Assembly: GCF_001194135.2 (NCBI RefSeq)
Contig: NC_068985.1
Span: forward strand, 7,174,176 to 7,216,314
Direction: 5' to 3'
DNA from: Octopus bimaculoides
Taxonomy: Eukaryota
Length of the DNA: 42,139 nucleotides
The translations under genes were made by a program, and so were the position numbers. Shown piece after piece: positions 34,579 to 42,139 of this stretch (the stretch's first letter is position 1; the number at the start of each line of letters is the position of its first letter). The notes under the pieces were generated by a model that searched no databases, had not been told where the DNA came from, and saw only the letters and a list, made by a program, of their open reading frames with translations.

Positions 34579-37494
34579 GAATGTTTATTTTGTATTAAAA
34601 TTTCAAATTTAAATTCAGAATATCTTTTTAGGTTGTATGCATAGTTCATTGTATTAATGTAACTGCAGATGAATGGAATATCTTTACTGTTAATATAAAT
34701 TTACATATATACATACGCACATATGTACAAATACATATAAGTGAATGTGTACCTGTGTATGTAAATGTGTGTATGACATTAGGAGTAACGAACAATTAAG
34801 AAAAATCTTACCAAACGACCATTCTTAAGAATCTGTAACTATGCACATTTGGTAGATGGATTCTAGAACCAATATATACAAAGCTCTTATAACGATAAAG
34901 TAAGTGATACCTCTGTTATTAAAACGCAAGTTTTCAGTGATTGAATGATCTTCTTTTTAGTGCTAAGCTGGGGAAAAGCAGTGTCTGTTGTGGCTTTGTC
35001 CCTAAGTCAGGCTTCATAGAACAAAGTCATTCAGTTTTTCTAGTGGAATCTAAGAATATATTATTTCACGTGTAATTCCATGTTCATACATCCAATGTAT
35101 GATAAATATGGCTACGATTTTACAAGCTATAATACAATATAGATTTTAAAATATAACACTAGTAATATATGAGTAGGGTCAAATTCTTGATTTTAATAAA
35201 TCGTTTGAAAGCGTGCAGTATTATAGAAGGAAGCTAGCATTTTCAACAATGGCTGAAGGCACGATATACATTTAGTTGTTTAAATAGATCTTCACCAAAT
35301 ATTTACATTACTCTGAGTGTAAGTGCTCAGTATGGTTTGTTTATGTCTTCAGGCCTACACAGTGTCAGTCGACAATACTAGATGTAACATTCATTCAACA
35401 GATTCTCGTTAAGAATAAATATAGCAAAACCTGATTGTTAACCCTAGAAATTCTATCTAAATCACAAGTAGTCACGCATCTATTACAATCACAACTTTTA
35501 TAGCGCATGTATTTTATTTACTGAACAAAATTTATTTCCAATATATACTGATGCTAAATCGATATTCCAAATATATTCTAAGGATATATCATAAAATGCT
35601 CTACACATTCCAAACATGTTACTAATTCATGTAAAATGTCCAGTGATAAATTAAATTTTTCCTTTTAACTCTTGTTAAGATACGTTCATAGTTGACGTTT
35701 ATTATCTCCTTTTTTTTTTGTTTTTAGACGAGATTCTTTGTTTCGTGAATGAATTACAAATATTATTTGATCACTACCAATTCCATTAATTTTCCTTAGC
35801 ACTTACTTTAGATCTGTAATAATACACTTATTGTTTCTCTGATGCTTCAAACAAAATTGTTATTCAAGATATGCTAACGTAACTTTCATTTCAGGTTAAG
35901 CTGACAATGTAGTTTATGATTTATTTTTCCATGATGGCGTCCCTCCGGTTATTTGCTGTTGTCAGGTTTATGACTATTTATTGCTGATGGTAATCACGAC
36001 CAACGTCATCATCATTATCACCAATGTTTATGTTATTGTTGTTGCTGTTGTTATTGTCGGTATTGATTTTTAGTTCTGATGAAAATATGGCATTTCTTTT
36101 TGAAAGTATTTCACTGTACACTTACCTTGTCTTGTAAAAAGAACACATGATACTATTATTGTTTCGAGCTATGAAAAATATGAAATATTTATGTTCAGAT
36201 ATTAAATCACTTAATCCTTTTGCCTAACCGAGTTTTCATTTGGAATTCATGGGCAAAAATACATTTGGCACAAAAGCAAAAACAAAGTGTATGTGTATGT
36301 ATCTATATACCTCTCTCTCTCTCTCTCTCTGTATATATATATATATANNNNNNNNNNNNNNNNNNNNNNNNNNNNNNNNNNNNNNNNNNNNNNNNNNNNN
36401 NNNNNNNNNNNNNNNNNNNNNNNNNNNNNNNNNNNNNNNNNNNNNNNNNNNNNNNNNNNNNNNNNNNNNNNNNNNNNNNNNNNNNNNNNNNNNNNNNNNN
36501 NNNNNNNNNNNNNNNNNNNNNNNNNNNNNNNNNNNNNNNNNNNNNNNNNNNNNNNNNNNNNNNNNNNNNNNNNNNNNNNNNNNNNNNNNNNNNNNNNNNN
36601 NNNNNNNNNNNNNNNNNNNNNNNNNNNNNNNNNNNNNNNNNNNNNNNNNNNNNNNNNNNNNNNNNNNNNNNNNNNNNNNNNNNNNNNNNNNNNNNNNNNN
36701 NNNNNNNNNNNNNNNNNNNNNNNNNNNNNNNNTATATATATATATATATATATGGGGAGTGATGGTTGAAACGTGTAATATTTTTTTCACTTTTTTTATA
36801 GCCACATAATTTATCTAAACTTCGATAATTTCCAAACTAATATTAAGTTGTTATTTGTATTTAGTTGCAGTTGGTTCTGGATATTTCTGTGAATATCGTT
36901 TGACCACTTGAAACTTTCTGTTCACGTATTATTAGAAATGATAAATATTTTTTATGAGAAATCAATTTCAATTTTGTTTTAATTTAAAATTATAAGCGGA
37001 AAGGATAAAGAATATATTGTTGATATATTATTTTTTATTAATGCTTCTTTATGCATTACATTTGTATGAACTTTCTTCCTTGAAAACCATTAAATTAAAG
37101 AAACTCGTTGGTGGAGGACTTCTATATCGGCTGCCGTCTCACCAGTTCAAGTCGTGTCTCCATTATTACCCTTGTTTGAACGCTAACTTTTAAAACTTCC
37201 ACAGTAAAGAAAAGTTATTCTGCACCAAGCAACGTTTGTTATTGGAACCTTGCGGATTAAGTTTCTATTTTTGCAGGCTATTCACCACGGCATTTGAGTC
37301 TATATTTAAAATGTTTACGGACGCAGAATGTCAGAGATGCATATACATATATGTGTACGTGAGAGAGAGAGAGGGGGGGTGCATAGGCTTGAATGTATCC
37401 GTCACTGTTTCTAACCTGTGTTATTTTGTTTACTTCCTCGTAATTTAGAGGTACGGAAAAATGAAATTTATAGAATCAGTGTTAGGTTTTAAGA

Positions 37495-37572
37495 AAATAA
37501 TAGCTGGGCTCGATTTGTTTGACTAAACTCCCTCAAGGCGGTGCCCCAGCACGTCCGCAATACGAGTAAAGA
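37495..37572 (+). mobile_element. Family D SINE 3' tail fragment
   Basis: TCGATTTGTTTGACTAAA..CTCAAGGCGGTGCCCCAGCA matches the 3' part of 31833-32165. Confidence 0.6.
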
Positions 37573-40461
37573 TTTTTTATTTTTTAAATGGTTAATCTGC
37601 TTTTATATCGGTCCTATCTTGTATTGCTTTCCGTTAACTTATTTCTCGAAATAAACATTGTGCGAGGCTGGATTCGAACCTACGTTGTTTCACCCCTGTG
37701 CCATTCATTTTTTTTTTTTTTACTCATAGCAGTCATATTGAGTTGGGTTCAACGCTTGACTAAACGATGGGATAAATCCAATGCTGGCATACATTTAACA
37801 TTAAAGAAATCTGAATATGTTTCACATTACAGTGTAGCAGTGCAGTCGAACTACTTCGCTCCAGCGTAGCAATACACTAAACGCTGCGTTCCTCTGCCCG
37901 TCAGAAGCTAACTGCGGAAGAGTACGATGACTTCCGCCCAGCTCGACTGGCTCCAAAATTCAAGTGAGAAAAGCCAGTTGCTGCCTAGAAGCTGGAAGGT
38001 TAACACGCGACCATCAACTGTCCAGTGATTTCGGTCACACGCAAAGACACAATGATGAATTACTCATTAAGACACTTGGAAACAGCTTATTACATTTTCA
38101 CTTTCACACAACGTATAGATTTTTTACTGCTTATCAGTGAGCTAACACTTTTCTTTACCAGCATCACTCCAGCAGATTTTTATTTCTATTATCGCACACA
38201 TCCTTATACACAAGTGAATATCATCATTACCTTTGTTTATTTGTTACACTGTGTTATCCTCTCTTTAAATAAATCTGTGTTATGTTGACTCAAAATGATG
38301 CCTTCTGATCAACTCATTTTTCTTACTTATAGACACCATCCCTGAACACATTACATTAATAACATAAAGATTGCTTTCGCTACAATGGTAACCTTTCCTG
38401 TTACAACAGAAATCTGAATTTTAAATAGTTCAAAATTCAAGTGAGTCTTATGCTACGCTCGAGGCTTCGTACGTTTGAGCTTCGTTACAGATTTCTTTGA
38501 AGATCCTATATCTAACATTGGGCAGTGACAACGTCCGGAATAAGATACCTGATAACAGTTGGAATATAATTTGGATATAAAATATTCTACAAATATAAGT
38601 GTGAAGACGAAGTTAGTATTCTAACTAATATAAATTCAATTTAATAAGAACAAACAAGTAATCGAGATCTGTGTTTGAGGAAATGTGACAGGATTCACTA
38701 TTGGTCGTGCATACAAATTTATTCAGTTTTACGAACAAGTATAGTGTTGCAATATTTTGTTTCCAGTGTAATAGTGCAATGTCTTTCGTCAATTAACGCT
38801 CTGAAAGCATGAGCTATCTTCTCATAAAGTGCAATTCTTGAAGGTGTGATGCAGATTATATTAATTAACGCTATCGTATTAAGTGGTGTGAATGCATTTG
38901 ATAGTTTGATCCTTCGTCGATTCAGTGAGTTGTTACATGCGCATTAATTAGATTCCATACTTCATTTAAAAATTTTTCAGACACCACCAAATGGAAGAGA
39001 AGTTGCCATATTTTCAGTTATATTAACTTGAGTCTATTAATTCTCTGACATATCAACTCAACTGCCCAGTCTATATTACCTAAAGCTTTTCACTACCATA
39101 TACTACCACTGAACAGCAAAATTAAATTATTCCAAATCCATTGAAGATTATTGTATTTTTCTTCATTATCATGCAAATGCTGCCCAGCACTTCTCTCTTT
39201 CTTTCTTCTTCCTTCTTTCTCTCTCTCACATGAATGTGTGAATGTGTACATATATATGTATGTATGTATGTACGTGTGTATGTATTTGTATATATAATGG
39301 ATGTTATATACGAAGGGTGTGGGAATGTCCGTGTGTGCGTGAATGTTTAATTTTAACAAAAAATTATAGAGGAGGTCAAAAATAAAGGAAACGATTTTAA
39401 TGCAAAAAGGAAGCCAATGCCATCGTAACCACGATAAAATAATAATGGTGTAAAAAAAAGTTTCGTTAATTAAACGTTTACAATATGAATCAATTGCTAA
39501 TATGTGATAGCAGTGAATATCAATTTTTCATTAATTCTGCATCATGCTTTTATTTTATTTTATTTTGATTTTTGTTTTCGTTCTTCCTTCTCTCTGAAAC
39601 TACATTGCAGTGAAATAATATCTTAAATTAGAGCTATTGGATTTTCGCATTTAGCAGTAATATGGAAATTGAGGTCAACACCCATTGGAGAAATGTTCTC
39701 TCGTGTCATTTATCATGCAGATATGATTGCAGTTGTGATAACTATCCAGTTAGTTTCCTTAAAAATCTGTTTGCAAGTCTTAGCGATTACCAACGTATTA
39801 TCGAAGCGATCAGCATGCTACACATACTTCATTTGGATGAGCGAATTTTGTGACTACCAAAATGAATAGGTCTCTCTTTTTTCTTAGCTATATCATATCT
39901 TATGGTGTAGTAAAATATGTTGAAGCTACGTACATTAAGCTTCCCAAATTTGTACCAATAGCTATAGTGGCATGCTGGTCAGAGATAGAAGTTGAACAAT
40001 GAAATTGCCGTTTCTTAATGGAATACTGTAGTGAATCTCGAAAAACCTTTCTGACGAAATACATTTAATGTAGTAACAACTGGTATTAAATTTTTCTCTC
40101 GTTAACACATTTCATCCGTGTTTTATGCAACCTTGAGGTCAGTATTCTTTCTTAATTAATATTCGCCTAAGTTCAACGTGTTATTTTGAAGAGGATAGTT
40201 GGCAAATTCTTATACATACTTGACCCGTTATATTGCTGTAATAAATATCTAATGGAACATTTTACATGTATATTGCTTTGTGGCATATTGACATCATTGT
40301 TCATTTGTATCACACGCTCATTACTAACGTAATTATCATGTACAACTAATTATATTAACTCTTCATGAAGAAATATTGTTAGTATCATATCTTTTGTTCA
40401 AAGTCAATAAACACTTTTTTCATTCGCTCAAAGTAAAATTGGGTTAATATATAAGAACCGT

Positions 40462-40645
40462 AAGGCGGATAACTGTCAGAATCGTTAGCACGCCCGGCAA
40501 AATACTTAGCAGCATTTTCTCTTTACGTACTGAGTTCAAATGCCGACGGGGTCGAGTTTGCTTTCATCATTTCGGGGTCGATAAGTTAAGTACTAGTTGT
40601 CGTTAATTTAATCGACCTATGCCCACACCGAAACGTGCTGGCATT
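40462..40645 (+). mobile_element. Family A SINE (diverged)
   Basis: TAAGGCGG..GTTAGCACGCCCGG..GAGTTCAAATGCC..TTTCATCATTTCGGGGTCGATAA. Confidence 0.8.
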
Positions 40646-40668
40646 GAAATTTTAAAAGCATTATTAAT

Positions 40669-40736
40669 CTTCTTCTTCTTCTTCTTCTTCTTCTTCTTCT
40701 TCTTCTTCTTCTTCTTCTTCTTCTTCTTCTTCTTCT
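40669..40736. repeat. (CTT)n microsatellite, possibly the (GAA)n tail of an adjacent minus-strand retroelement
   Basis: Directly visible. The adjacent 40737-41390 segment is GC-richer and repeat-like but unassigned. Confidence 0.9.
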
Positions 40737-41409
40737 CCTTCACATTTGATGGAGTTCAGCCAAATTTCTAATGCATCATCTGCTATATTACCATGTTCCT
40801 GGGGTGTGTGCAGCATTCTGTGTTCTGCTTTTGAGGATTGAGGAGTGAAAACTTTTCCTGGTGTTCTATTGCGTCAGTTTGTTTTGTTCCGGGGGCATTG
40901 TGACAATCTTTTGTTATATTAGTGTTTGTATTGTGTGGTGTGCGTGTAATATGAGCTGTGTTCTTGTATTATTATTATGTGAGAGAGCAGTGCATGCCAT
41001 CAAAGTGACACTGGGGTACAAATGTACGAAGCCCATTATACCCATTGTGACTACCCGTGTGATAAGGGTACACCAGGCACATGCATCAAACTCATATGTG
41101 CGCAACATGGTGATCTCATATCAAGATAAACAGCGCATGACCTTGCAGGTGGGGCCTAGTTAGAATTTTCTTCATGTCGAGTAGCTCATCCTGCTCAAAA
41201 GGTCCCTGAATAAGGTTTGTTTGAGGATGTTGAGCAGAAGACCCATGTTTCCAAAGGTGAATTATTCAAACCCCAAAGAATTCCTCTCAACACATGGCCA
41301 TGATGCTCCTCCACTACTTCTGCCCATGATCAAAGATGCACGTATACTCAGCCACCAAGGGACATGCTCAACTTGTTAAGGTCAAACAAATATATATATA
41401 TATATATGG

Positions 41410-41585
41410 GAGAATATACGAAAAAACAACAACAGACGAGGACAGGTGGTGTAAATGACAAAAGGATGTATTAGTATGACGCTCGGGAATACGGAAAGTC
41501 TTTGACGTTTCGAGCTACGCTCTTCAATAGAAAGAATACGGAGACAAGGAGAAAAACACGGAGAAAAAAAAATTGAATAGCGTCC
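41410..41585 (-). mobile_element. Penelope pLTR-like repeat containing a degenerate minimal hammerhead
   Basis: Minus strand TCTTT-CTATTGA-A-GAGC(GTA)GCTC-GAAACGTC-AAAGA at 41499-41535. Confidence 0.6.
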
Positions 41586-41867
41586 AGTCAACGGTCAATC
41601 ATAATAATATATATATCAATTAGAAAATGGAGGATAATATGCTGAACCTAACTAGTTGCAGACAGTCTATCCCGTTGAATTTATTAATTTAATTCATAGC
41701 TAAAGTGACATTTATTGCACTTGCTGTAACACTAGTGTAGCAATAATTGGATACCCTCCCAGCAGTATATTGGATAGATACTATCCTTTAGTGGGTTGAA
41801 TCCTCAACCCCTAACTCTCTCGCATTATATATATAGATATATATATATATAAGTATATGTATAGAAC

Positions 41868-42022
41868 TGACACTGTCGGTTACAGCGACGAGTGTCCCAG
41901 TTAATCCGATCAACGGAACAGCCTGCTCGTGAAATTAACGTGCAAGTGGCTGAGTACTCCACAGACAGGGTTACACTTAACGTTCTCATCAGGGATATTC
42001 AGTGAGGCACAGAACGTGAGAA
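41868..42022 (-). mobile_element. Family B SINE 3' body fragment
   Basis: Direct homologue of ~41-200 (CTGTCGGTTAC..GATCCGATCAAC.GAACAGCC..CTCGTGAAAT). Confidence 0.8.
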
Positions 42023-42139
42023 GACACACACGCACACGCCCCACACACAAACATATATATATGTCAGTATATATACCTGGAAAGGGATGCGTAGCGTTCA
42101 ATCATATAATAATGAAAATAATATATATATATATATATA

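Noticed and set aside
37655-37705. tRNA-like B box on the minus strand (GGTTCGAATCC)
   Set aside because: No A box, D arm or anticodon arm can be folded; it is an isolated fragment.

Overview
AT-rich, microsatellite-dense eukaryotic scaffold with five N gaps. It is most likely a cephalopod (Octopus-like) intronic or intergenic region; this rests on my recall of its repeat families, not on a search. No complete protein-coding gene, rRNA or functional tRNA is evident, and nearly all ORFs in the supplied track are microsatellite or gap artefacts. The window is mostly a transposon graveyard. It holds at least four tRNA-headed SINE families, mariner/Tc1 derivatives, a Merlin-like MITE with a palindromic telomeric core, RTE and R4/Dong-like LINE remnants, and several Penelope-like (GIY-YIG) remnants. 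The most notable signal is a recurring hammerhead-ribozyme theme. A tRNA-headed SINE carrying a minimal type I hammerhead occurs at two loci as a head-to-head inverted dimer, with one motif intact at 33627-33672. Two further Penelope-type hammerhead-like repeats are present. One Penelope endonuclease remnant shows a twin-priming-like internal inversion. A weak chain of plus-strand candidate exons, including a duplicated 90-bp exon-like unit, may belong to an unidentified gene.
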